Source: Podarcis pityusensis (lineage: Eukaryota). From it: a stretch of 64,000 bases of DNA. The stretch lies in assembly GCA_964106645.2 (NCBI GenBank), contig OZ067038.1; one strand, given 5' to 3'. Of this stretch, positions 51,672 to 63,935 are shown in pieces; position 1 is the stretch's first letter; each line of letters begins with the position of its first letter. The notes below the pieces were generated by a model that searched no databases, had not been told where the DNA came from, and saw only the letters and a program-made list of their open reading frames with translations. The translations under genes and the position numbers were made by a program.

Positions 51672-51846
51672 GGGAAGGGCCTTAGCTCAGTGGTAGAGCA
51701 CCTGTTTTGCATGCAGAAGGTCCCAGGTTCAGTTCCCGGCATCTCCTGGCAAGGCTGGAAGTCAGCCTTGTTTGAAATGCCAAAAAACTGATGCCAGTCA
51801 ATGTAGGAAATACTGAACTTAATGGGCCAGTGATCTGTCTGTTTCC
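51672..51846 (+). mobile_element. tRNA(Ala)-like head SINE
   Basis: tagctcagtggtagagca…ttgcatgcagaaggtcccaggttcagttcccggcatctcc, followed by the shared SINE body. Confidence 0.7.
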
Positions 51847-52362
51847 TGTACAGAAATACAGTTTTTTGTATTTCTGTAGGGTCTAAATATATATTGCTGT
51901 ATTCCTAATTAGATTTCTTCTCCGTTCTCCTAGTTGCATTTTAGGGTTTTTGGGGAGTGGGCGAATTCTTGAAAGACACCATCTTGATTTGTTGATTTTT
52001 CAGCATCGAGAGAAGTTTACTGCTTCATATACTACAAAGCGGGAGAGATTATCCCTTCATTAAGTGACTTTTATCCTTGTGACATCTTCAAGCGCGCTGG
52101 CTCTTCATTAAATTATTTTTCTGCAACTTTCTTGGCTCCGCTTTCATGTTACTTAACTCTTTTCCCTTGTGAGCTGTTAATCCAGGGACCAGTCAAATTA
52201 GCCATATAGCTAGTCATGGAGCCTAATAACAGTGAATTTTTTTAAATGCACTTTGGTTCATTATTCAGAGTTTCTGCACTGGAAAATGCTGGGATTCAAA
52301 ACTATAAGAATTAAATGACTACCTGGTCCAGTCAATGCATGGCCCAAATTATCCTTGACATG

Positions 52363-52399
<37 letters not shown>

Positions 52400-52611
52400 C
52401 CAAAGGACTTTAAAATCAACTTAACCTTTGCTTTTTGTCTGAATCAGCAATTAATTTGTTCATTAACATAGTCATTAATCTAGCCTACTTGCAGAGTAAC
52501 TCTGCAAGTTCCACTATTTTGGAAATTCATTTCAGTTGATTTGCATCATAATAGCTAATCTAGAGATCTGCCAGGCCACAATCCAGAGACATTTAGGAAT
52601 GATGACTTTCC

Positions 52612-53787
52612 CCTTCACCTTTTGTCCCAAGTTGTTTAAGCTTTCTACAGTTGAATCAATTTCAATACTTGCAACATCCAATTTCACATTTCTCGCATCT
52701 ATTTTCTTGTGGAGTTGTTCCAGCGAATTGTTTATTTTCAATAATGCAGCCACTAAGGCCTCCTCTGTTGACATCCCGTCTGTTTTTTTCCTTTCCGTTT
52801 GCCATAACACTTAAAAGATTCAAGGTCAATTCCAAAGTCTCACACTTTCTTATCATGCAGCTGGAAAATCCCCTAGCCCAGCTCCTATCAAGTGAATTTA
52901 AAAAGCTTCCACTAGGGGAAAGCGAGTTGTATTTGTATCGGTCAGTATGTCCTCTTTTGAGCACAGTTTCAATAATCCAAAATTAGTTTCAATTTTCAGT
53001 TACTTTCCTCCTTTTTTAAGAAAGTTCAGTAAGATTGTTTCAATTTTTCGTTACTTTACTCCTTTTTAAGTGCAGACGAAGACAATGGAAACAATGTATC
53101 TCTCTTATGCTAGCTGTCACCGAACGTTCTATTCGCTGTCAATGAACCTTCCAAGGCACGTCGGTTTTACTGGCAGCCCGTTTCCAGGTTCGGAACGGTG
53201 GTATTTTAACTTCCTCACTCACTCCTGCAGGAATATACAATCCAAAACCTCGCCCCTCTTCTCCTGCTTCCAAGGGGGGTTTAATATTTTTTACTGATGA
53301 GAATTTAGTCCTTTACAATGGGCTTTCCAAGACTTTAGCTTGCAGCCTCTTTGCCTCAGTCTTAATTACAAAAAGGGGAGGTGGACTTCCTGTTTTGAAC
53401 CTCCCCCGTTTTGGTGCCAAATTATAACGTTTAAAAATCCAATTCTTCACTCTACTCATGGGTAGTTGCTTTAAGATCAAATTGTCCACAGGAAAAAGTC
53501 AGCGCTCTCCGGCAACAGCTATGCGGCTTTGCTTCGTGGAAGAAGCAGTCGATCCGAAGCACCACGCTGCTCACCCCACATCGCCCCGGATCCCCGAAAT
53601 CGGGTTTCCCCGTGAGTAGGGGAGGTGCAAAAGGTGCCCGCCGGATCCCACATTCACAGGCTTCAACCGCCTGTGATTTTTAGTGGGTCTCCGCCTTCGC
53701 CGTGGCGGCCAGACCCGAATTTCCACGAGGCAAATTCCTCCCGGTCAGAGGAATTCCGCCATTGCCGGTGGCGCCTACCGGGAAGTT
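52612..53787 (-). mobile_element. L1-like 5' portion (CpG-rich 5'UTR plus start of an ORF1-like coiled coil), 3'-truncated
   Basis: The minus strand begins aacttcccggtaggcgccaccggcaatggcgg (ETS/YY1-like motifs) and is CpG-rich at 53500-53787. It ends inside MSTEEALVAALLKINNSLEQLHKKID…. 35-bp direct repeat at 52577-52611 and 53788-53822. Confidence 0.65.
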
Positions 53788-53842
53788 CACAATCCAGAGA
53801 CATTTAGGAATGATGACTTTCCATATTCCAAGTAGCTATAAC

Positions 53843-54236
53843 CAGTGAATTTTTTCTTTAAAAAAATGTTTAGGGGTACTCTAATTATGGCTGCTCCCCC
53901 TTGTCCTCTTCCCCTTCCTCCTCCCACCCCATCCTCGGACGAGGAACTCAAGGCAGCGCTGAGATGATGGGAAGGCTCCTGGCGATGGTGATGGTGGGGT
54001 TGCCTTGAGCGAGGAGGGGCCAGCGCTTGCCCAGCAAGCAGAGGAGCAGCAGTGCCATCACCTCCACCATGCCCCCCGACTCCCCTCCCCAGGCACCAGC
54101 AGGGAGAATGACGGAGCTCCAGTCCGTACTGCTACTGCGGAGACAGCTGGCATGTCAGTCCATCCATCAGTCAGTCAGGGCAACACAAAATGTTTATGGG
54201 TACGTGTACCCCTGCGTACCCAGGAAAAAAGCACCG
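53843..54236. mobile_element. hAT-like non-autonomous transposon
   Basis: TIR cagtgaatttttt / aaaaaagcaccg. 8-bp TSD gctataac / actataac. Ends shared with 56669-57006. Confidence 0.75.
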
Positions 54237-54289
54237 ACTATAACTAGGCATCTGTTACCAAGTAGATTTGCTATGATGAGTCTGCTGAT

Positions 54290-54960
54290 GAGTCAGGCCA
54301 ATGGCCCATCTAATCCCCAACCCGGTTTCCACAGTTGCCAACCAGATGCCTATGGGACGTGACAGCATTCCGCTCACCTGCTATTCATAGAATCATAGAG
54401 TTGGAAGGGACCCTAAGGATCATCTCGTCCCACCCCTTGCAATGCAGGAATATGCAGCTGTCGAACCTGCAACCTTGGCATTATCAGCTCCACACTCTAA
54501 CCAGCTAAACTATCCAGGCAGCAACTGGTTTTCAGATGCATAGTGCCTCTGACAGTGAAAGCAGAACATAGCCCTTGTGGCAAGTAGCCTTCCTCCTCCA
54601 TGAATTTGTCTTGTCCCTTTTTAAAGCCATCAGAATTGGTGACCATCATTACGTCTTGGGGGAGCAAATTCTATACTTTGGCTCTGCACTGCATGAACAA
54701 GTCCTTTCTTGCATCTGTACTCAATCTGCCAGCATTTAGCTTCATTGGATGCCCGTAAGTTGTAGAGTTATGAGAGAGGGAGGAAAACTTTTCTCTATCT
54801 CCTCTCTCCATAGCACTCATAATTTTATATAGGAACATAAGAATAGCCTGCTAGAACAGGCCAATGACCCATCCTGGTCCAGATTCTGGTTCTCACAGTG
54901 GCCAACCACAGTGGCTCTTGTCCCTAAACTAAAAGAGCTTGTAGTGTTGTAACCTTTCCT
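54290..54960 (-). mobile_element. CR1-type LINE fragments with a nested SINE (~54385-54515)
   Basis: tttttaaagccatc, ggccaatggcccatcta and catagaatcatagagttggaagggac motifs. Confidence 0.6.
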
Positions 54961-55892
54961 CACTGGAACAGAGAATTGCTTTTCATTTCCTCTTTGCTCC
55001 TTATCTGGAACTGCCTATGTATCTCAGCTCCCTAACTGCAATTCACAATAGGAGAAGAATTCAGCCAGTCCACTTTTCTCAGTGGATTGACCCTGTTCAT
55101 TGCTCCCAAAGTTGCCTCTGTGGATCGCAATGCAACTCCTAGTTGACTTATTGCGATGCAGTTGGGATATGCAAGAAGAGTTCCTACAAAAGTATGTATT
55201 TTACGTAGAAGATACATACAAAGCGCATGTATTACGCCTGAATAAGCTGAGAAGCATTTTAAATTTAAAAATACATATTTTGTATAAAAAGTGCATACAA
55301 CATGAGGACAATTTACATGTGGACTTTTCGCACAGTATTTCCAAAAGTCTGCATGAAACAGGACTTTATGGGCCTATCATAAAACAGGACTTAATGAGCA
55401 CCAGCAAGCCTGATATGAGACAGAATTAGGCCACTGAGCCCAGTCCTAAGAACAATGGGAGCATAATATTACTGACCTATCATGCAGAGATGTTGAAAGG
55501 TTTACTGGGACTGTGCCCATGAAGCTCGCTGAGCATTCAAAAGCATGAAGCAAGTGCTTGTGTTAAAGAAGTTAAAAATAATGTGATATGTACTTTCCAT
55601 TTAGGGCAATCTAGTCATTTGCTGCAGTATGCCTATATTTTAAATGCATTGAGAAGACCTCATAGTTAAGATATTCTATTACTCAAACTTTTAATTAATA
55701 ACACACCAGCTGTCAAAGTGAACATCAAGAGTCACACCATATTGTTTCCATTATATTTTGAAATTGTTACAGTGATTTGGCAATTCAAAATATACTCTTT
55801 TGAACAGAGAGATGTCAATGATGCTTGTCTTCAACCAGCTCTAGTCCGTGCAGAAGAGTGTCGTTAGGGCTTCTATGACATGAGAGCTTTGA

Positions 55893-56070
55893 GTGGCCTG
55901 TAGCTCAGTGGTAGAGTATTTGCCTTGTATGCAGAAGGACCCAGGTTCGATTCCTGGCATCTTCAGTTACAGCTGGGACTCACTCTCTTCCTAAAACCTT
56001 GGAGAGCCACTGCCAGGAAATGTAGGCGATACTGACCTAGCTGGACCAAGGCTCTGACAAAGGTCCCTGT
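55893..56070 (+). mobile_element. tRNA(Ala)-like head SINE
   Basis: gtagctcagtggtagag…ggttcgattcctggcatc, plus the shared body ggagagccactgccag. Confidence 0.7.
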
Positions 56071-56774
56071 GCTTCTAGTGGTAATCTATGTGGGAGAAAC
56101 TGGACATGGAGGAAGGGGTTAATTTCTTCCATTTATGAGATAAGCCAACAGGTGCAGGGTCAGCCAAGCCAGTTGCTACGGCAACAACCTAGTGCCATCT
56201 ATAGCAGTGATTAAGACACATCGACTCAGTAGTCAGTCAGTGAGTCTATCTGTCTGTGTGTAGTGTAACAATCAAAGCCAATGGACAGCTTTGGCAGGGT
56301 AGAAGTGATGTGCAACACTAGCATAAAAATGCCACCTCTGCCACTACTCTGCGCACAGACCTACATTGCCTCCCACCCAACATCCCTGATCCTTCAAGTG
56401 ATGCACATAGAGAAGCCTTCTTCTATGCATGGCTACGTGGGTCTCCTTAATCGGACTGGGCTGGGGTGCCTACAAATATATTTTCCCCCTTTTCAGCTTC
56501 CCTATCCAACTTCCCTAAGCTTTAAAACTCCATCACATTCTCATGGCCTAGATGTGTTTTGATATCTCAGTAGACTAGACAGAAATGGCGAAAGGATCTG
56601 TCCGCAGAATGCTTGTTTGGGAGTGATAGTGAAAAGAAGCCCACTTGCAAGCAGCTCTAGCCTATCCTCAGTGGGTTTTTTTTTGGTGGGGGGGATCTCA
56701 GGGGTACGCATACCCCTAAACATTTTGTTAATCTAATGGGAGAAGATACTAAAAAAAAAATATCAAAAAAAATC

Positions 56775-56816
56775 TGGTATCTGAAGAAGTGTGCATGCAC
56801 ACGAAAGCTCATACCA
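56775..56816 (+). ncRNA. Minimal type I hammerhead ribozyme motif
   Basis: TGGTAT (stem I) - CTGAAGA - A - GTGTG catg CACAC (stem II) - GAAA - GC - TC - ATACCA (stem I'). All core nucleotides are present. Predicted cleavage after 56810. Confidence 0.75.
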
Positions 56817-56870
56817 ATAATAAACTTAGTTAGTCTCTAAGGTGCTACTGGAAGGAATTTTTTATTTTGT
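56775..56870 (+). mobile_element. Penelope-like element terminal-repeat fragment
   Basis: cacgaaagctcatacc…aacttagtt.gtct.taaggtgctactggaagga is shared with 48212-48324. Confidence 0.7.
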
Positions 56871-59071
56871 TAAAATTTTTGTCTTCTGTAGCATGGTGAA
56901 TTGTCAGTTTCATTGTTACCACCAATGGCGGCCTCATTTCTTGTCACGGTGTTTCCTGAGTCTCAGGCGGAATGAGAGTACCCCTTTTTAGAAAAGAAAA
57001 GCACTGCCTCTCTGTCAGAAGTTAGATCTCACATACCACTTTGTGCCATTCTGTTTTTCTAGAACTTAACACCTCCTCAAGCAATGCAATTCTCTGTTTA
57101 GTTCAGTAGCTGGGCAGCTTCATGCATTCCTTTTGTAACATGGATCCGTTTCTTGTATTGAATGGGGAAATACAAGGATGACCTAGATTTCCATGGTAAT
57201 TTCTCAGGCCTGAACGAAATTATGGCATCAAACTGACAATGTATAACAGGGTGAGTTGATGTGGTGCCCTCCATATTGTGGTTGTTGGACTACAACTCCC
57301 ATCTTCTCTAACTATGGGCCATGCTAGCAGGGGCTGATGGGAGTTGAAGTCAACATCTGGAGGGCACAGTGTTCATTATATGACACCTTTTTTGCCTTTA
57401 TTTACCACAAATATCCTTATAAGGTCAGTGGTGATAGATGATAGAGGACTCCTGTACACAGTTGACGTGAACAAAGCCTGTCAGCCATGCTTTGTGACTT
57501 GCCAAGTCCCTATTCTGGCCAAACAATGAGACTTACCAAATCTCTGGTGGGCTGCCATAGATGTCTGCTCTACCACACTGGGCTTGGCAGATCACAAAGG
57601 CAAACAAGCCTGCAGCGGATACGAAGACCGTCTCCACTACATCACCAAGCTAAATACTGGGATAAAGTAAGTGAGATATATTAGCTGCAATGAAAAGGAA
57701 ACATGGTGACAGCAACGCAATAGTGGTGCAAAATCAAAAATAAACCATCTCTTATTACAGACTTTTAAATGGGGACATAGATTAAGTTTTGTAAATTGCA
57801 TGTATGATTAAAAATTAATAATGTAATCATTTCCTCTGTCTTATTAGGAGGCATTAACTGCAATAGCAATTTGCATGCAAACACACTAATAAGACTGGGA
57901 GGGGGGAATCTAATAAAGCAATATTTTAGAACTCTACACATCCAACGGGATGCATTCCTAGTATGGGGAAATTAGCTATAAGTCTGATACAGAATATGTT
58001 AATATTTTATGGTGTGTTTTAAATCACACTCTAATGGTGCCATTTCTTGCAGAAGAGCTGCCCTCAGTTAGGCTGCCATTTGTGACTTCCAGATCTTTTA
58101 CAGAGAGCCTCTTTGCTTGATGCTTCCCATAATTTCTCACCAGTTCTCAGGCTCATATAAACACTGCAATTTAAAGACAGGAGCAGAGGCCAAAAGCAGT
58201 GAAGGTGCCTTAATAAGTGGGAAACCCAATAGTCCTGGACTGAGAGAAGTCTGCCCAGTTCCTGTATATTCCAGCCGACATCGTGGGTTTGATTTTCATT
58301 CCCCTCCGTACTATTCAGCTCCAACAGCTGTCAAAAGATACTCAATCTGCCAGTTTGTGGAATCAAAGTTGCCCATTGTGCTGAGCACATCACTTCTTTG
58401 CAGGCCAAAGTGGACAGAAATGTTGATGCTGCACCCGTGTGCAAAGGATGGTTTTCGATTTCTAAAAAAACCCCAACAACCCTCAAACTGCCATACGTCT
58501 TCCCTTCATCGACCATATTTAGGCATTCAGCCTAACCACAGAAGGGCCAAACATGTTTAGAGGACAGTGTGCATCAGCTATAGGGTGTCACTATTTGCAT
58601 TAGCAGCAAGAAAGAGAAGGGCAACCTTTCTGGCTAGTGCAAATGCCAAACCCTAGGGATGCCGACTAGTAGGAACGTTCCTAAATTTTGTGCATTGTAG
58701 ATTTGTCCTGGTTTGGTGCATGCGATGTCCTTTGTTTTGCAGCTGTGTGATTTGTGCTCATACTGTATTGTGAAGGCCATTGGCTATAAACAATAAAATT
58801 TATTGAACTGAACAGAGAACAACGCACCCCAACCCCAATGTCCCCGCAAGACCCCTAATCCCACTGGCTTCCAAATAAGTATCACAATGGTGTGAAGGTT
58901 GGCTTCCAATTATGTTTAGCTGGATGCAGTTGAGACTCCTGATAGCACCCTGGGCTCCTGATTACACATTAGTTTGTATTCCACTGAATGCAGCCAGAAG
59001 CCCCTTCAGACATTTGCGCTAAGCAGGCAGGGGAAGAGTTGGTACATGAATACCTAACTCACTATACATTA

Positions 59072-59289
59072 TAGGGTTGCCATACACCCAGAATTTCCCA
59101 GATATAGCCAGAGTTCCACAGTCAGAAGTAGTCTCCAGGTGGAAATTGCTTAAATGTCTGGGGAAATCTGGGAATATGGCAAACCGATGTCGGAAGTCTA
59201 AAACTCCGTCTACAGCTCAACAACTTTGCCAAAAAAAGTACAACTGTTTTTCTGTCCAGATTTTCACTTTTTGAAACATGGCAACCCTA
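59072..59289. mobile_element. MITE-like element
   Basis: 11-bp TIR tagggttgcca / tggcaacccta. No clear TSD. Confidence 0.6.
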
Positions 59290-59783
59290 CTATGCAAGTT
59301 TTGTTCTTGCATAATCAGGTCAAATGCCTGAATAGGGTTTGTGTCTGAACATAGGTTTAGGAATGTCCTGTACAATTTGCTCAGAAAGATTGCTGGCCAA
59401 GACCGAAGCAAAACCCGAAAGTTCCCTAGATCTGCAAAAGTGCACTCAGAGCTCCACAGAAATGAAGACTGCCCCATGTTGTTTACTCTGAGAATCAACT
59501 GTGTCCACTCATTCCTATTGTGCACATTGAACCTATTGTGGCGGTGAATGCGCAAATCTTGCCTGGAACTCTGCCTGTACAGAGCAACCATTTGTGTGTT
59601 TGGTTCTGTAAGCAATCCTCCTGACTCTAGGTAGATGCTCACATGTGAGAGTATATGATGGGAAGAAAAATAAGCAAAAAGCAAACCTTCCCTTCCATTG
59701 AGGCTCTTGGGATCCTGGTCTGTATTAGTGGTCACTCAATTTGTTCATTTGTCCATGTGCTTGCCTAGTGAGGAATAGTTGGG

Positions 59784-60030
59784 ATCATAGAATCATAGAA
59801 TTGTATAGTTGGAATCTCAGCTAAAAGCATCCATGACAGATGGCCATTCAACCTTTGCTTAAAAACCTCCAAGGAAGGAGAGTCTACAACCCCCACAAGG
59901 GAGACTGTTCCACTGTCACGCAGCTCTTGCTGTCAGAAAGTTTTTCTGAATGTTTAATCAGAATCTCCTTTCTTGTAACTTGAAGCCATTGGTTCGAGTC
60001 CTACCTTCCAGAGCAGGAGAAAACAAGCTT
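59784..60030 (-). mobile_element. CR1 LINE 3' end
   Basis: (atcataga)n terminal octamer repeat followed by the typical body aaaacctccaaggaaggagagtc…gttccactg. Confidence 0.85.
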
Positions 60031-60149
60031 GCGTTGTTGCATTCTATCAATGCTTAATTACTTCCATCTTCAGGTCTTTTCTGTGTGCAACACAACTGAC
60101 AGTTCTTAACACATTTCTTTATTTTCCTGGTTTGTTGTTGTTGTTTTTT

Positions 60150-60325
60150 ATTGCTTTTCTATCTCACCTTTTTTCCATGGAGCTCAAAATGGTGTAAGTG
60201 TTTCTCTCCACAACCATCTTGTAATGTAAGTTAGGCTGAGAGGCAGTGACTGGCCCCAAATCACCCAGTGAGCTTTCATGGCTGAACGGAGATCTGAGCC
60301 CTACACTTTAACCACTACACAACAC
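60150..60325 (-). mobile_element. Old MIR/CORE-like SINE
   Basis: taggctgagaggcagtgactggcccc…cacccagtgagctt…taaccactacac. Confidence 0.65.
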
Positions 60326-60359
60326 CAGCATTTACATTTAGGAGGAAGAGAGTGGGGGT

Positions 60360-60394
60360 GGAGGGAGGGAGGGAGGGAGGGAGGGAGGGAGAGG

Positions 60395-60438
<44 letters not shown>

Positions 60439-60443
60439 GAGAG
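60360..60443. repeat. (GGGA)n/(GA)n purine tract
   Basis: Direct observation. Confidence 0.9.
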
Positions 60444-61577
60444 ACTTCTCTTATTTTTATGAGATTTTCTTTCATTTGTGTGAATGTTTAGGATTTATTG
60501 GGGATATTAATGACCTAATCTTCCATCCAGGTTCATATAGTGTTGATCTTGTTTTCGCACAGGCAACAAAATTTGGTCAGAATTAGCAATTTCCACAGAG
60601 ACAACAGAAACAACGGGAGTAACTTGCCCTAAAATGTGTTTAAAACTGAGGTAGAAATTATGAACTGCAACAATACATGCTATATTCTTTATAAGGTCTT
60701 ATATTTGTTGTCTGATCACCAGTAACTCCAATCCCAGCAAATCATCTGATAATGTTTTTCTTTGGGTGCGCACGACTTGACTTACCACGAAGGATTGTCT
60801 AGCCATTACAAAATAATGAGTGGTTTTTTCCTTGCACATGCCACGGCCATTTTTTTATTAAAAAAATCACCCACCCACTTCCTTCTGCTTCTGAAGAGAG
60901 AGAGAGAGTGTTGTGACCTCTCAGCTGCACCCGCATTCTTCGCTCAGGGCTAGGAACCTGAGTCCCTTGCCAACTCAGACTCTAAGCTTACAATGCAAGG
61001 TACGGCTATGGCTGCTCCGTCACTGTAGATCAAACTAGCAAGGCTCCTGCATGGAAATAAACATATCATAAATCTCCCCAGTGCCCATCTTTCCTTTTCT
61101 TTTTTTACATCCTCCGAGGTTAAGTAATACTATTTTCTTTACCAGGGACAGTACACGTCTGTGCAACTTTTGGGTTATACATGAGGGATGGCCTAATTTG
61201 TCTGTTTCAGCTTCTCTCAGTTTCTCATTTCTCCAATTTTAAGTTCAGCTTTTCACGATCCAGCATCAGTTTGCGATTTTTGAAAATTCATGAAAATTCA
61301 CCGGCCCTTTACTGGAAATTTCTCCAAATTTGCAGATTTTACATAGTTTTGCCTAATGTATACCCTCAGTGTATGCTATTTTGACTAATATCTACACACT
61401 TTACTATAGTATATATACATTTTTGTACATGCTAACTTGGCTGGGGATCTGCTCTGCAAAATTCAGAAGAGTGCGAATTTTGAGGGATGGCTGTGCTTCA
61501 GTTCTCATATTGCTGTGGAGAGTGTGAATTAGCTAAGCTCACCTTGCAATGCAAACCAAAATGAATTTATCCTTATC

Positions 61578-61910
61578 TAAACCACAGAGCCTAGGACTTG
61601 CTGATCAGAAGGTTGGCGGTTCGAATCCCTGCAACGGGGTGAGCTCCCGTTGCTCGGTCCCTGCTCCTGCCAACCTAGCAGTTCGAAAGCACATCAAAGT
61701 ACAAGTAGATAAATAGGTACCGCTCCGGTGGGAAGGTAAATGGTGTTTCCGTGCGCTGCTCTGGTTCGCTAGAAGTGGCTTAGTCATGCTGGGCACATGA
61801 CCCAGAAGCTGTACGCCGGCTCCCTCGGTCAATAAAGCGAGATGAGCGCCGCAACCCCAGAGCTGGTCACGACTGGACCTAATGGTCAGGGGTCCCTTTA
61901 CCTTTACCTT
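61578..61910 (+). mobile_element. Sauria SINE, slightly 5'-truncated
   Basis: Starts at taaaccacagagcctaggac, has the B box ggttcgaatccc, and ends cctttacctttacctt. Reverse complement of 5910-6263. Confidence 0.95.
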
Positions 61911-62120
61911 ATATATATAAAACATTGACAAATGGGGTGATAACAAATTCCTGACCTCATTATCCAGAAAGTATTGTAGAATTTGTCTCCTTTCTGAGGG
62001 AAAAATAGTGCTGTTAAGGAGAAAGCTCCTGCCCCATGTCACAGAAAATAAATTTCATCAATAATACAGGGCAGTTTAGGCATGGGCATCCGGTGTGTGT
62101 CCTGTATGTTATTCATAGTA

Positions 62121-62362
62121 CAGTGGTACCTCTGGATGCGAACGGGATCCGTTCTGGAGCCCCGTTTGCATCCAGAAGCGAACGCAACCCGCGTCTGCGC
62201 ATCTGCGCGTGCGCGGGTTGCGACTCACCGCTACCATTTTGACCGTCTGCGCATGCGCAAGCTGCGAAACCCGGAAGTAACACGCTTCATTACTTCCGGG
62301 TCGCTGCCGTGTGCAACCTGAAAATACTTATCCCGAAGCTACTTCAGCCCGAGGTATGACTG
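62121..62362. mobile_element. CpG-rich Tc1/mariner (Tigger-like) MITE
   Basis: TIR cagtggtacctc / gaggtatgactg with TA on both sides. Internal inverted repeat ccggaagtaa…ttacttccgg. Confidence 0.8.
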
Positions 62363-63629
62363 TAATTCTTGCTACTTCAGAAGAGAAAAGACTGATAATA
62401 AAAGGGCCCCACACAAGCAGATAACAACACATGGTATACTTAATGCAATGGACCAGATGTCCTAATAAATTTCTGTGCAATAAATGGCATTTGTTTCTAA
62501 TTCATCGCACACTATGTATTCCTTGAAGATAATGCTTTTGTTGTGAGGATATTGCATCTTCTGATTATTCAGTATAGTGATGTTGGGGGAATCTGTTGAT
62601 AACAGACTATCAAGCCAGTTTCATTCCATCTGCCCATCTGATCCCCATTGTGACATGGACTCTAGCTTCAGCTTAGTTCTCTATAATGATTTTTAAAAAC
62701 CCAAAAAAACCATGCACACATTATACATAAATAGATACATAAATTGCTTTTCATTGATATATTCAAATTCCTATTCACTTTCCTTGTTTCTGAAGTGCTT
62801 TTTGTTGCAGCCTATAAATTCCCAAACTGAAAGTCTGACCATGTCAACTCAGAAATATTTGCCGTTGAATTCTGTACAGCTTACTGAAGGTAAATGGGGC
62901 TAGGAATTCAGCCTAAAACTGTTTCCTATTGTGAATTTAAAAAACCGTTTGAATGCATAACTCTTTTTTCCAAATAGAAATAAATGACCTCCTTTTTAAC
63001 CTGATTATTTGATCTGTGCTCTTCAATTAAAATCCTAGTCTCTTTGTTGAAGTGGGGAGAACCATATGGACTTGACTGCTCATTTTTGATTACTGCAAAT
63101 CTTTGTTTTAAAAAAGCAAATATAAATTTAAATTCCTTTCTTTTACTCAATGCCTGAGTGAGAGACGTGAGAAAGGATGACAAGTTTATACTGAACTGTG
63201 AAATCAACATAGCAAGAGAGGCTGCACTCTTAAGAGCTTGATAGGAGATATGAGGAAATTCACGATGGGTCAGTAGGCCCTAAATGAGATGTTGCTCCCA
63301 TCCTACTTTCTCCTTTACTGTATATTTCTTCAATTCCATATCTCTACCACCCACTAGGCTAGGTCTAGACCAACTATGAAAGGCTTTTGATCCAACAGAA
63401 AAATCTCATGGTTGGAAAAGTGAGGTGTCCCCACCACCTACAGCCCCCAGTGGCATTCCCCACAGCTTTCTGGAGGGTCCATTCAGAGTCATTGTGATGT
63501 AATGGTTGGAGAATTAGAGTAGCTCCAGGAAGATCGAGGTTCAAATCTGTCATGAATATGACGGGGTGATTTTGTGCTGATCACTATCTTTCAACTTAGC
63601 CGGCTTGGCAAGGGAGGCTGCCTGGTTGG

Positions 63630-63935
63630 TGTTGACTCAGGACAGGGCCTTCTCAGTGGTGGCTCCCCATTTTCGGAATTCTCATCCTGGTGAGGTGCAA
63701 CCATCTCCCTCATTATTACTTTCCAAAAGGACTTAACAAGGCTTTTGAGGACTGAAATATACTGTTTCTGACGACTTGAAATAATGAGCTATGAGAATAT
63801 GTTATTGTTTTAGATGTTTTTATCTGTCGTTCATATCTTGATGGAATTTTCAATTTATTTTCAATTATGTTGCTGATTGCTGCTGATAAAACAGTGAACT
63901 CCTTTGAGAGGAAGGGCAGGATAAAATTTAAGCAA
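63630..63935 (+). mobile_element. Old L2 LINE 3' end
   Basis: gacagggccttctcagtggtggctcccc motif and a gaagggcaggataaaat terminus. Confidence 0.65.

Larger units (their letters stand above)
56669..57006. mobile_element. hAT-like non-autonomous transposon with a nested Penelope fragment
   Basis: TIR cagtgggttttt / aaaagcactg. The ggggtacgcatacccctaaacatttt end matches 53843-54236 in reverse. Confidence 0.7.

Noticed and set aside
51676-51747. tRNA-Ala-like sequence (also at 55893-55965)
   Set aside because: The acceptor stem does not pair properly and each is followed by a shared SINE body, so these are SINE heads and not tRNA genes.
57560-57673. Plus-strand gtaagt donor-like site at ~57668
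   Set aside because: Weak exonic context (AAA|gt), no convincing acceptor upstream, and it is on the opposite strand to the best exon candidate.
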